The notes: generated from the sequence alone by a model not told the origin. DNA of 64,000 bases from Candidatus Yanofskybacteria bacterium (GCA_016185525.1 JACPNK010000005.1:28473-92472), one strand, 5' to 3'. Counted from the stretch's first letter, positions 19,433 through 29,276 are shown. A program made the numbers and translations.

Positions 19433-22400
19433 TTAACTTTTTTGCTGTTCTGCCCATTCTCTTTTAGCCTTTTCAATTTCCAGAATCTGGCGCGGGTCGG
19501 AAGTGATAATTTGATCTTCGGTATAAGAAGCGACAACTCTGATGCCGACGTGGTTAGAGCCGGCAAAAAACAGTCCGTGTCCGACGCCGGCCTCCAGCAA
19601 AAAGAATTTTTCAGCGTCTGTCAGGTTGAAAGTCTCTTTGACGCCTTCAATGGAGGCGGCGGATTGTTTCATTAAAATTTGGATTGAGGAGTTGGTGACG
19701 ATAGCCTTGCCATAAGAGGAGTTCAAAAAGTCCGGCACGTCTTGGGAAATTGTCGTCAATCCCAGAAAGTATTTTCTGGCTCTTTTGGCTACGTTGAACA
19801 GAAAAGCTCCGCCAATTTCGTATTTAAGCAGCCACCAGGCTTCGTCCACAACGAGAGTTCTTTTTTTAAGAACAGTGCGGACTTTGGTCCATACGTAATT
19901 TAAGACAAGATACATGGCGATGGGTCTCAACTCTTCTTCCATATCTCTGATGCTGAAAAGCACCAGCCTGTTGTCTAAGGAGACATTTGTCGGTTTGTTC
20001 AAAAATCCGGAGAAAGTTCCTTCCGTATATTTTTTTATGCGGATGGCCATAGATTCGGCTCCGGCAAGCCCTTCAAGGATATTTTGAAAATCAGAGAGCA
20101 ATGGCACTTCGCCTTGGCCGTTATTATTTTCTGTGGTTATATCTTTCAGCGCATAGGTTTGAATTAACGCCTCGTCAAGAAGAGAATCTTCTTCCGGCGT
20201 AAGTTCTCCCATCATTAACTTAAACAAACCGGTTAAGTCTAAAATGTGTGTCCGGAAAACATCTTTGAAATCTTCCCCTTCAGTCGGCGACGGCAGGTCA
20301 AACGGATTTATATGGTTATCCGAAGCAATGGAGATGTTTATTGAAGAGCCGCCAACCGTATCAGCCAAGTACCGGTATTCATTTTCGGGATCTATTATAA
20401 AAACCTCTGTGCCCAGCATTAAACTTCTCAATATTTCCAGTTTTACGGTATAAGAGTTATGAACAAACACCCCCCCGGTGCCAGCTAGAAAAACTTCATT
20501 GTCCACAGTCAAATCGTAAACATATTTTTCTTTTCGATTTTTAATTTTCTCTACTTTTTTGATGGGATCCCAGAATAAATTACTATTGGCCAGCATCTCC
20601 AGTTTTTCAAGCAATTGCTCCAGTCGTGGGACATTATTTATTCTTTCCCGGTATTTTTGTGAAATGTATTTGCTTGAATCCCAGAGCATTTTATATGAAG
20701 TGTTCCCGGACGGCCCGCTGATAAGAGCGCTTTGTAATGACGGATTAAAGTGATTCATAACTAACCCCATTTCTTGAAAACCAGAGCGAAGCAATTTTTT
20801 AATTTCTGCCAAAGAATAATCAAAACCGGCACCCATTGTTTTTAAGGCTTTTAATACATTAACTGTTCTGGGCGCTACTCCACCATTTTTCATTGTATGC
20901 CAGCTTTGTCCTAGAACCTGCCATAATTTGCAGTTTAAGTCCTTATTCTGTGCACCTTTCTCTATGATTGATTCTAAACTAGGAAGGTTAAGGTTAAAAC
21001 GGGAACTTTGATTTCTAAATTTATCTATAATTTTTCTAATTTCACTGATAACTACACTCAACTGTGCTGGTGATGGATCATAAATCTCTCTTTTTAGTGG
21101 AGATAGTTTTTGAAACCTTCTAGAATGAGCAGGTAATAGCCGGTCAATTTCTTTAAATATCTCACTAAGGCCAGGTATTATATCTACATTAGTATTTCTG
21201 TCTCGGCTAATTTGTTGAAGCAACAAGTTTCTTTTTCGTTTAGAAACGAAATTGATGTTGTCGGCGAATCTCTTCAAATTTTCCTGGCCGGAAATTGTCA
21301 GCTGCCAATAAAGTTTTTTTCTTATCCAACCGGAAGCCTTTTTCTTAATGGGTCTTATGCGGGCAACAATACCGAAGTAGTATAGCAAATAAGATAATTC
21401 AGAAATGAGCTGTTTAGATTTTGAACTGGCGCTGATTGAAGCACTTTCTACTCCGCCATCACCTTCAAAGTATGCACGCAAATAAGCGGCAATTACCGAT
21501 TTTTCTGCACCGAAAACAAAAGGCGCAATAGTTTTAGTGCCAGCTTTTTGCTTGCCCCCTATAGATTTAATGAGTTCAACAAAAGGCTTGTCGGCAGTGT
21601 TGATGCCACGATTGCCGAAGAAGTAAGGAATGCCTAATTGTCGGAAAGATTTAGCGCTATCATCTAATACTGTTGGGTCTAAGTTAGAAATCATCACCAC
21701 ATTTTCAGTAATTGTTCCTTCAGCAGCAATGTAACCGAGAATTTTCAGAAACGGCTCGTTAATAGGCCACTGCATTGGTAAATGACTGCGTTGATTTCTA
21801 GAAACAATCTTTAATTTGCTAAGAATAGGATCATTTAAAGAAATTCTAAATTTGGCCAGAATTTTGTACAAGTAATTTAGCGGAATAGGACGTCCGGCGC
21901 AGTATTTGTACAAGTAGCGATCTCTGTCATCTAGTTTTGTCTTTTTTAAAACACTTCTCCATGTTTGCAATAAAGGTCCGGCTCCAGCAACATAAATTTT
22001 ATTTGATTTTTTCAGCGCTTCCAGTAGATTCAAAAATTTTCGGGGCTGTTCGGATGGTTTGATGTGGCGAGGTAAAGGCAACCACTCACCTGCTTTAGTT
22101 TCAGAACCTTTTGATACTGCTATCTGTCCGTTTTTAAGTGTGACCAAATTATGGTCGCCGGTGGTAGTAATTGTTCGGCCGGAGCCAGTAGTAAATCGGT
22201 AGAAATAATCAGTGGCTACTTTTCTGGCCGCTACTGTTACCTTAGACCATGAACCTTTTAAATTCTTGTCAAAACTCCAAACTTCCAGATTGGGATCAAT
22301 AACCCCTTCTAACTCTTCGTCAATTTGCACAGCTCCATGTTTGGCAATTTCTTTTTCTATTAGTGGACCGATGGCAGACAGTTTTACTTGACCGTTGCGT

Positions 22401-23179
22401 CTAATTAAAACCGGCTCAGAGCCTTTTACCGACTTTCCGCCGCCGGATTTTCCGAAAACGACCGAGTTGTAATTTTCCAAAGAAAATCTGTCAAAAAGAA
22501 TCAAAGAGTTGTTGTGGGTGTTGATGCCGTACAAAAGGCCGCTATCTGAAGTCAGGTCGTAAGAAACAAATGGAAACACCGAAGAAATGGGTTGAGTATT
22601 CAAAGAACTGTGAGCATTCAAGAGATCGTTGTCTAAAGGCAGGGTTGAAAGGAAACCCTCTTTCATTCTGAAGGTTGCCGGTTTAAGGTAAATCAGTTGC
22701 GCTTCAAAAATGCCCCTGATCTTGGCCTCGGTTTCATCTAACTCTTTTTCATTTTGGCCGTAGATTGTGATATAAACTCCAAATTCAAAAAATCTGTCTG
22801 TGCCTTGCTGTATCGTGTCTCTCAAGTCCTCAATATCCGAAATGGCCGTGTCAAGAATGGGGTTGCGGACCTTGCCTTGATTGGCCTCTTCTATCGCCTG
22901 TGCCTGCAGACGGGCAAGTTTATCTCTTAGTTTTTTTAGGATACTGCCGGAGTCGGTTGGGTGAAAAAAGATTGAAACATCCAAAACACGATCCAGGTTT
23001 ATCACAGGCGAGAACCACTGGGTGTTCAGGTATCTCGGCAGAGTTGACAAAAATAAAGTCCGGGCAAACCTATCGCCTACCTGGATGTTGCTGCTGGAGA
23101 TATTAACGGCGCTTGGAGCCAGCTGGTCGTCCAAAAACTCTTCCGTTTTGGTTTCTATTTTTTTATTAAATATTGGCAT
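19433..23179 (-). CDS. VirB4/TrbE/CagE-family type IV secretion ATPase interrupted by an intein
   Basis: N-extein ends at the Walker A FGKSGGGK. C-extein resumes SYTVKLEIL... and carries Walker B LVVDEAWWLL. The spliced product would restore GKSGGGKS. Confidence 0.8.
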   Translation of the reverse strand: MPIFNKKIETKTEEFLDDQLAPSAVNISSSNIQVGDRFARTLFLSTLPRYLNTQWFSPVINLDRVLDVSIFFHPTDSGSILKKLRDKLARLQAQAIEEANQGKVRNPILDTAISDIEDLRDTIQQGTDRFFEFGVYITIYGQNEKELDETEAKIRGIFEAQLIYLKPATFRMKEGFLSTLPLDNDLLNAHSSLNTQPISSVFPFVSYDLTSDSGLLYGINTHNNSLILFDRFSLENYNSVVFGKSGGGKSVKGSEPVLIRRNGQVKLSAIGPLIEKEIAKHGAVQIDEELEGVIDPNLEVWSFDKNLKGSWSKVTVAARKVATDYFYRFTTGSGRTITTTGDHNLVTLKNGQIAVSKGSETKAGEWLPLPRHIKPSEQPRKFLNLLEALKKSNKIYVAGAGPLLQTWRSVLKKTKLDDRDRYLYKYCAGRPIPLNYLYKILAKFRISLNDPILSKLKIVSRNQRSHLPMQWPINEPFLKILGYIAAEGTITENVVMISNLDPTVLDDSAKSFRQLGIPYFFGNRGINTADKPFVELIKSIGGKQKAGTKTIAPFVFGAEKSVIAAYLRAYFEGDGGVESASISASSKSKQLISELSYLLYYFGIVARIRPIKKKASGWIRKKLYWQLTISGQENLKRFADNINFVSKRKRNLLLQQISRDRNTNVDIIPGLSEIFKEIDRLLPAHSRRFQKLSPLKREIYDPSPAQLSVVISEIRKIIDKFRNQSSRFNLNLPSLESIIEKGAQNKDLNCKLWQVLGQSWHTMKNGGVAPRTVNVLKALKTMGAGFDYSLAEIKKLLRSGFQEMGLVMNHFNPSLQSALISGPSGNTSYKMLWDSSKYISQKYRERINNVPRLEQLLEKLEMLANSNLFWDPIKKVEKIKNRKEKYVYDLTVDNEVFLAGTGGVFVHNSYTVKLEILRSLMLGTEVFIIDPENEYRYLADTVGGSSINISIASDNHINPFDLPSPTEGEDFKDVFRTHILDLTGLFKLMMGELTPEEDSLLDEALIQTYALKDITTENNNGQGEVPLLSDFQNILEGLAGAESMAIRIKKYTEGTFSGFLNKPTNVSLDNRLVLFSIRDMEEELRPIAMYLVLNYVWTKVRTVLKKRTLVVDEAWWLLKYEIGGAFLFNVAKRARKYFLGLTTISQDVPDFLNSSYGKAIVTNSSIQILMKQSAASIEGVKETFNLTDAEKFFLLEAGVGHGLFFAGSNHVGIRVVASYTEDQIITSDPRQILEIEKAKREWAEQQKS
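20456..22423 (-). mobile_element. intein (about 656 aa) with LAGLIDADG homing endonuclease inserted in the VirB4 P-loop
   Basis: Begins with Ser (SVKGSEPVLIRRNGQ... block A-like) and ends ...LAGTGGVFVHN followed by the +1 Ser. Internal LAGLIDADG-like motifs are ILGYIAAEGT and YLRAYFEGDGGV. Confidence 0.75.
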
Positions 23180-23789
23180 TGTAAAGTCTATAAAACATAC
23201 TAACCAGCTCTTCTCTTTCCAAAGTTACGGAGTTCAGGCCCATTCCACGCAGACCCTCTTTTATTATTTCAGCCCGCTGTTCTATCTGGCTTTTATACAA
23301 GTTGAAATCTTGCTCTTCAAGACTCTTTATTTTTTGAGCGGCTGAACCGAAGGCGCTTTTGATGTTCTCCAGAAAACTCTTTTTTGAAGCGGCTTCGGTT
23401 ATATATAATGGCACTACGACATAAAAATTTTTAGACATAATGTTGGCAAGTTCAGTCAGGCCTTTGATAAATCTTATATACTCAATCCCCTGAATTTTCA
23501 AAAGCTCGTTGTCCAGCTGGTCAACGAGGACTTGGGTTTTGGCCAAGTAGTTTTTAATATCAAGCTGGCGGGAGTGTACGGCAATTTGCAAAGGGAAATC
23601 AAGCGAGTTTAAAAAATTTTGAAACGCTTTGACGATTGCAATCTGTTCATCGTTTGATTTCAAATCAAAATTGACGGAGTCAACTTTCAAAATCAGGCGC
23701 ATTGAGCCGTTTTTAAGTATTACCACGCCGTCTTTAATATCGTGGATGTCAACAAACTGTTTTGTGTTTAGGTTTTTATTTTGGGGCAT
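23166..23789 (-). CDS. hypothetical soluble protein, translationally coupled to the VirB4-like gene
   Basis: 207 aa; the 3-prime end overlaps the virB4-like start by 14 nt. No recognisable motif. Confidence 0.4.
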   Translation of the reverse strand: MPQNKNLNTKQFVDIHDIKDGVVILKNGSMRLILKVDSVNFDLKSNDEQIAIVKAFQNFLNSLDFPLQIAVHSRQLDIKNYLAKTQVLVDQLDNELLKIQGIEYIRFIKGLTELANIMSKNFYVVVPLYITEAASKKSFLENIKSAFGSAAQKIKSLEEQDFNLYKSQIEQRAEIIKEGLRGMGLNSVTLEREELVSMFYRLYNANI

Positions 23790-24081
23790 GGTTTGTTTCT
23801 TCTTGGCCGGGCTTGTAGATGTATCTTTTGGGGTTAAAAGTAAAACTTATAGCATTGGCTAAGTAAACATACAGAGGAATTTCCGAAACTTTTATCAGCG
23901 CAAGACTCAAGGTGACTGCTATTACCGGTATTGCCAAAACTACAAACCAGCCCGGAGGAACAAGAAAAAATATCAGGAATAACAGCATTCCGCCGATGGT
24001 GATGAAAATAAACTGCTTAATAGTAAAAGGCCCGATTATCTTTTCTTCCGTTTCTATAAATTGTGGAACTTGAAATCTCAT
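23776..24081 (-). CDS. small 2-TM membrane protein (VirB3/PrgI-like position and topology)
   Basis: 101 aa with two hydrophobic helices, immediately upstream of the VirB4-like operon genes. Confidence 0.35.
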   Translation of the reverse strand: MRFQVPQFIETEEKIIGPFTIKQFIFITIGGMLLFLIFFLVPPGWFVVLAIPVIAVTLSLALIKVSEIPLYVYLANAISFTFNPKRYIYKPGQEETNHAPK

Positions 24082-24578
24082 TTATTTCTTAAATCAACGG
24101 TATTGTTTGGATTATTTATACCACCTGTCGCCGGGGCGGAGGATGGAGCTGTTTCTGTTTTCTTTCCAAACTTCTCAATGTGGAGTTTTTTGATGTCTTC
24201 AAGAGCGGGAGTGAAAAGACGGATTAGCTCATTCGCAATTTGTTTTGCTGATTCAGTAGTGATGTCAAGTTTTTCTGCAATTATTTTTACCATGTCGCCA
24301 AGATAAACTTTTGCAAGCAACAAGTCGCGGACAACTCGAGTAATTTCTCGTTTTTGCGGAACAGGGAGGTTAAACTTTGGACCTAGCTCTTCTTCAATAA
24401 ATTCGGCGGTCTCAAAGTCCAACAGAATTTTCTGAATGTTTTTAGTGGGTTCAAGCGTGCTTAAAATATATTTTTCCATTGATCTCTGGTCTGTAAAACT
24501 TTTTATGTCAATTTCGTAAGGTGTGTTGTACTCTCCTTCTTTTGAGAATTGTTGTTGAGTTGTAATGTCAATATCCAT
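24078..24578 (-). CDS. hypothetical protein
   Basis: 166 aa with no TM; the start overlaps the preceding gene. Confidence 0.35.
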   Translation of the reverse strand: MDIDITTQQQFSKEGEYNTPYEIDIKSFTDQRSMEKYILSTLEPTKNIQKILLDFETAEFIEEELGPKFNLPVPQKREITRVVRDLLLAKVYLGDMVKIIAEKLDITTESAKQIANELIRLFTPALEDIKKLHIEKFGKKTETAPSSAPATGGINNPNNTVDLRNK

Positions 24579-24595
24579 AAACTGTAAATTAAGGA

Positions 24596-26671
24596 TTAAG
24601 GAATTATTAATTCTTTTGCCGCCGCATCGGCGGTTGAATTATTGTCTCTTACTGCTTGGCGTAGCCTGTTTTTAAAAGTATTTCTAGCTTTGGCAGAAGT
24701 GAAACCCACAAGCTTGTTGTCCAAAGCGGTTTTGAAATCGGGGTCTGACCAGACAGTCATGGGCATTTTAGAAATCTCCACGGGGTTAGTTAAGGATTTT
24801 TCTATATATTGGTCTCGCCTCATAGGCGCAACTCCTGGTCTAGGCGGCAAGGTCATTTTGAAAGAAGCTACCAGATCAGGACGCACTTTATTAATGGCCT
24901 TTATGTAGTTCGCTCCATCTATAGTCTCGTTTCCTCCAAACAGCTCTAATCCGTTTTCAAAAGCCACATTATCAAATTCAGCGTCAGACAAAGCTTTTTC
25001 GTCGCCTTGTATAAATTTATACCATTCTTTTCTGGAAGAAATGGCGGACGGAGTTTTATATTTTAAGTAAGTTGGTCCTTCAGCTTTTGCCATTTGCACC
25101 AGCTGGCTCGTTGGAACTTTCTTGTAGCCACCTTTGGCGGCTCTTGCTGACATAGACTGCGCTACAAAAGCGTTTCTTTCTGTCCAGTCGGTCATGTCTT
25201 TGTCAAACTCTGCGGCGTCAATCAACCCTCTTTCATAAAGGAGCCCTCTTGCGGCCATGCCTTTTATACTGTTTCGGTCTTCTTTAAGGGTATTTGCTTG
25301 AAAAGTGTTGTCTACTGTGAGTTCTCCAGCAAGCTCTAGGTTCTTTAAGCGAGCTACCTCTGCATCTATCTCACCCACCTGCTGTTGCTGAAGTTTGGTT
25401 TCTGGGGTGTAGCCCAACTTTCTTGCCAACTTTTGTTCCCAAGCGGCAGTTTCTTTTTGGGCGCCTCTGGTGCCAGTATATAACTTACCGAGCAATCCAT
25501 ATTGTTCTGGTAAGCCTTCTTGTTTAACTCTTTTAAAAAGTTCTTGTGCGCCCGTAACACCAGTTTTTCTTTTTGCCCAGTTGTTTATGGTCCCGCTGAT
25601 ATTGCCGAAAACTTTGGTGGCGCCACTGCCGGCGGCAAAGCTAGCTTTCAAGGAAGCGGCGAGGCCGCCGATTAAAATGATGACAGTCAGGATCCAATAG
25701 AAAAGATCCTGAAAAGCAAAGCCAAAAAAGTTAGCTGCTCTAGTCGGCAATCCAACTGGACCGCTGCTTTGCTCCGCTAAAACAGCAGCGGCGCTTAAGT
25801 CAGGCCTGCCCTTGAGAATTACAATGCCCATCATAAGGGCGAATAAGTAAGTTGGCAGGAAAAAAGTCCAGCCGATAAACCAGTTCCACCATTTACTCCA
25901 AATCTGTCTTGTGCTGGGTAAAATATAAGAAATCCAGGCGATGGGCGAGACTATAAGTAAAGCCCACAAAACCGGCACTCTTACCATTGAAAATATCAGA
26001 GCCGCAAGCATTGCCAGCAAAGTGATAACGGCCACAATCAACATGCCACCAAGTGAAATTATGGCGCCTAAGGCTAAAGCTTCCGGGTCGCCTGAAGATT
26101 TTTCCAGGACAGCTTTTACGCTGCTGGTGCCTCCGCTTAGAGCGGCGCCTAATTTAGTGATTCCGAAACCGCCTGCCAAATCGATGGTGATGTCGCCAAA
26201 CTGTTTGAGCACCAGATTGGATAAGTTATTGGAAACGTCTATCAGAAATCCGCCTATCGCCAAACTAAAATTTATCAAAAGAGCGGCCACAATAAATTTG
26301 GCCATCAGGCCCTTCCAGTTGTAATTCTGGATGTCAAAAATAGTCGCAAAAGCAATGATGATTAAAATCAGGATAAAAAACATATTGGCGAAGTTGCGAA
26401 AAACTTCCCAAGAAGTTTTGACAATGGCGACTTCTTCAAAAAACCCTCCCTGAAATTTGAGGAACCAAGATAAGGCGTAAGCTGTCCAGGCTAGAGCTGT
26501 GCCTATGAATCCCATAACTAACCCCTGGAAGAACAAAATTATTTTTGAGAGAACTGTATTGACCATATCAATTCCCAAAAAAGCATGGGCTTTAGGCGCT
26601 GAAAAAACAAAAACAGCCAGGATAAAAATTGGTAGTATAAATTTTATTTTTTTGTAGATCGTTTTGCTCAT
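24596..26671 (-). CDS. polytopic membrane protein, VirB6/TrbL-like (putative channel component)
   Basis: 691 aa; signal peptide, at least 8 TM helices in the N-terminal two thirds, C-terminal soluble domain. Confidence 0.45.
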   Translation of the reverse strand: MSKTIYKKIKFILPIFILAVFVFSAPKAHAFLGIDMVNTVLSKIILFFQGLVMGFIGTALAWTAYALSWFLKFQGGFFEEVAIVKTSWEVFRNFANMFFILILIIIAFATIFDIQNYNWKGLMAKFIVAALLINFSLAIGGFLIDVSNNLSNLVLKQFGDITIDLAGGFGITKLGAALSGGTSSVKAVLEKSSGDPEALALGAIISLGGMLIVAVITLLAMLAALIFSMVRVPVLWALLIVSPIAWISYILPSTRQIWSKWWNWFIGWTFFLPTYLFALMMGIVILKGRPDLSAAAVLAEQSSGPVGLPTRAANFFGFAFQDLFYWILTVIILIGGLAASLKASFAAGSGATKVFGNISGTINNWAKRKTGVTGAQELFKRVKQEGLPEQYGLLGKLYTGTRGAQKETAAWEQKLARKLGYTPETKLQQQQVGEIDAEVARLKNLELAGELTVDNTFQANTLKEDRNSIKGMAARGLLYERGLIDAAEFDKDMTDWTERNAFVAQSMSARAAKGGYKKVPTSQLVQMAKAEGPTYLKYKTPSAISSRKEWYKFIQGDEKALSDAEFDNVAFENGLELFGGNETIDGANYIKAINKVRPDLVASFKMTLPPRPGVAPMRRDQYIEKSLTNPVEISKMPMTVWSDPDFKTALDNKLVGFTSAKARNTFKNRLRQAVRDNNSTADAAAKELIIP

Positions 26672-26679
26672 TGCTCAAG

Positions 26680-27918
26680 TTATTGATCTATGGTGGGGAT
26701 AGCGCATTGCTGTTCGCATTCAACTCGTTTATTATTTTCACAAATCTGTTTTTCTGCGGGAGTTGAAAGCGGATTACTGCAACTGGCTGATGCGTTTATG
26801 GCGCAGAAAGAATAGCAGTCATTTTGCGCCCCGCCAGTGTATTGCCCAGTTTGACTAGCGCCTTTGTCTTCGGAACCGGGGCTGACTGACGTGAAACCGG
26901 TTTTGTCCAAAGCAAAATTCGCTAGCTTGTTAATAGCGGCGCTGACTATAGCCATAATTACTTCCGAAAGCTCATCTGAAGTGACCAGCCACTTGGAGTT
27001 GTTATCAAACCATTGTGCCGCGCTTTCACCCAATATTTTTGCCGGGGTTAAAGTTTTACCAAGGAAGTTGCATTGAGCGCCGGCTCCAACGCTAGTTTGA
27101 CCTTGGCATTGGTTCAAACAAGTTTTGTCAGCGTCGCTGACGCATAAATTTTTTCGATTTAAATCAGGAATAATGTTACAGGCTCTTAGCAACGGGTCGT
27201 AACAGTTGTTGTAGCAGACAGTGCTTCTGACATTGGGAGTTCCTCGGCACGAACCTTGCGCTCCGGTAAAACCGCCGCCTCCGACAATTTCGCTTTGTCT
27301 AGCATTTTCTTGGGAGCTTCTTTGTTTATTTAATTCTTCCAAACTTATTGCCAAAGCTCCGGCTAAATTATTTTGCGGTTCCACCAAACGTGACCATGTC
27401 TCCCAGCCGCCGCCTTTTTCAAAACTTTTTTTAAAGTCAGCCCTGACCTTTTCTGGAATAGTGCATTTAATTTTAGTTTGAAATGGTGTCAGAGTGTCTT
27501 GTTTTAGTTCGTCATTAAAATCCGTCTGACCGATATCGACGTACGGAACACTGCTTGTTTGAAAGGCCAGGGCCAACGGCCCTCGTAAGTCGTCGCACAA
27601 AATACCCTTTTGTATAGAATAGTTTAACTGGGTGCGGAATTGATTTTCTCCTATTCTTTGGGCGTCAGCTAGAAACTTTTTCCAATTTTGCACGAAACTG
27701 GGCGCTTGTTGTCCTTTTTCAAGACCCAGGTTGTTTATGGAATTAACAACTCCGTTGCTTAGGTTTGTGAGCAGTCTTCTTGCCAAGGCCCTTGCTATCA
27801 AGTCAAGGCCGAATTCTTTAGTGATGTAAGCGATAGCGGCTGCTCCTTGACTGGCATAAAAAGGCACGCTAAAACCAAGCGCAAATATTAAAACAAGGAT
27901 AGTTATTTTTTTCCTCAT
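26680..27918 (-). CDS. secreted cysteine-rich protein (hypothetical; candidate surface or effector protein)
   Basis: 412 aa; signal peptide plus about 30 Cys in CxxC-like spacing (CYNNCYDPLLRAC, CLNQCQG, CENNKRVECEQQC). Confidence 0.45.
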   Translation of the reverse strand: MRKKITILVLIFALGFSVPFYASQGAAAIAYITKEFGLDLIARALARRLLTNLSNGVVNSINNLGLEKGQQAPSFVQNWKKFLADAQRIGENQFRTQLNYSIQKGILCDDLRGPLALAFQTSSVPYVDIGQTDFNDELKQDTLTPFQTKIKCTIPEKVRADFKKSFEKGGGWETWSRLVEPQNNLAGALAISLEELNKQRSSQENARQSEIVGGGGFTGAQGSCRGTPNVRSTVCYNNCYDPLLRACNIIPDLNRKNLCVSDADKTCLNQCQGQTSVGAGAQCNFLGKTLTPAKILGESAAQWFDNNSKWLVTSDELSEVIMAIVSAAINKLANFALDKTGFTSVSPGSEDKGASQTGQYTGGAQNDCYSFCAINASASCSNPLSTPAEKQICENNKRVECEQQCAIPTIDQ

Positions 27919-28904
27919 TTAGTCAATAAAATAGAAATGTCAAAAAAATCGCTGTCCGGCGGAGTGAGATTATTCGCTTTTATTTTAGCGTTAATTTCAA
28001 GCAGTATCGGCTGGGCCTCAAGGTAAACGGTTTGTAGGTTGCCCAAAACGACCATCTGCTTTAGGGGGTCGTCGGTGGAAAGCGCTATGGAGCGGTAGTA
28101 TAGCTCCAGTTTTTTTAAAAGGGTCAATATCTTTTTATGAATACCGAGCCACTCTCTAGAAACCGAAGAATTATTTATTTCGTCATATGCTTGTTGAAAT
28201 TTGACAGAGTGTTCTAGAAATTTGCTCTTAATTCTCTCTTTTTGCTGGTCGTCATAGATTTCTTCGCTATCGGCCGTTTGGTCGGGAGAAAAAAGCAAAA
28301 CAAGTTCTTTGGGTTGACCTAAAAGAATCTCGGTTATATCTTCTGATATAGCCCGAAAAGCAATATTTAAATAATTTTCCTGTGCCTCTTTTGTGTTTTC
28401 AACTAAGTTTTTGACCTCATCGCCGACATTTACATCTTCCAAAGCTGAAAGAATTGAATAAACAGTGGCGCTAGCCGTTGAATCTACGGATTGAGCGTAA
28501 GTCTGCGAGTTATTGCTTTTTTTCAAATCTCCGCTCAAAACACCTCCAGCAACCAAAGAAGCCAGTCTTTCAGTAGAGTTCATGGAAAGAAACCTTCTTG
28601 TTTTGGCAAGGGAATCGTTATCGGCTTGTGTGGGATTGTGGTCGGAAAAAGCTTCTTCGCCGTCTAAGTAGCCGTCGCCATCTGTATCCGGATTGTATGG
28701 ATCGCTACCCCAAACCGCTTCTTCTGCGTTTTTTAGGCCATCGTGGTCAAAGTCGTCGCTGTCCTGGTAGTCAACTTTTATGCTTTCTGAAACTACCGCA
28801 GTCGCAGGACTGAAAGTTTTGTTTATAAGTATGCCAACTCTGGCCACCACCAAACCGGCGGCTCCAAAAAGTATTACCATCAGGACTTTAATTGATTTGG
28901 TCAT
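27915..28904 (-). CDS. membrane-anchored protein with thrombospondin type 3-like Ca-binding Asp repeats
   Basis: 329 aa; N-terminal TM, DSDDFDHDGLKNAEEAVWGSDPYNPDTDGDGYLDGEEA. Confidence 0.45.
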   Translation of the reverse strand: MTKSIKVLMVILFGAAGLVVARVGILINKTFSPATAVVSESIKVDYQDSDDFDHDGLKNAEEAVWGSDPYNPDTDGDGYLDGEEAFSDHNPTQADNDSLAKTRRFLSMNSTERLASLVAGGVLSGDLKKSNNSQTYAQSVDSTASATVYSILSALEDVNVGDEVKNLVENTKEAQENYLNIAFRAISEDITEILLGQPKELVLLFSPDQTADSEEIYDDQQKERIKSKFLEHSVKFQQAYDEINNSSVSREWLGIHKKILTLLKKLELYYRSIALSTDDPLKQMVVLGNLQTVYLEAQPILLEINAKIKANNLTPPDSDFFDISILLTK

Positions 28905-28937
28905 AGTAGGTTCTAGGTTTCAGGTTCTAGCTTCTAG
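28905..28937. repeat. CTAG-rich repeat (left flank of four-helix-bundle gene)
   Basis: ggttctaggtttcaggttctagcttctag. The blocks are reverse-complementary to those at 29277-29312. Confidence 0.5.
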
Positions 28938-29276
28938 TTTAGAAATTATAACATTTAACATTTTTTGGACTTCTTCTAGTAAAGATGATGATTGTTCAAA
29001 ATCAATTTTTGGATACAGGTCTTTTGATATGATTAGTTGAGTTTCTAGTTCGGCGGCAGAAGAATAAGATATTCTTAAGAATTGCAAGTATTCCTTTAAA
29101 TTTTTGCGTTGTTGACCTTCGGCTATGTTAGAAGGAATTGATACTGCCGCTCTTCTCATTTGAGAGGATAGACCATAAATCTCGTTGAAAGGAAATTTTG
29201 CAGTGTTTTTATATATTTCTTTGACTAGTTCTATTCCTTTTTGCCAAACTATCAGTTCTTTAAATGATTTTATCAT
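28920..29276 (-). CDS. four-helix-bundle protein (23S rRNA intervening-sequence protein family)
   Basis: 118 aa; KELIVWQKGIELVKEIYKNT...RRAAVSIPSNIAEGQQR...SAAELETQL is the diagnostic family pattern. Confidence 0.75.
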   Translation of the reverse strand: MIKSFKELIVWQKGIELVKEIYKNTAKFPFNEIYGLSSQMRRAAVSIPSNIAEGQQRKNLKEYLQFLRISYSSAAELETQLIISKDLYPKIDFEQSSSLLEEVQKMLNVIISKLEART

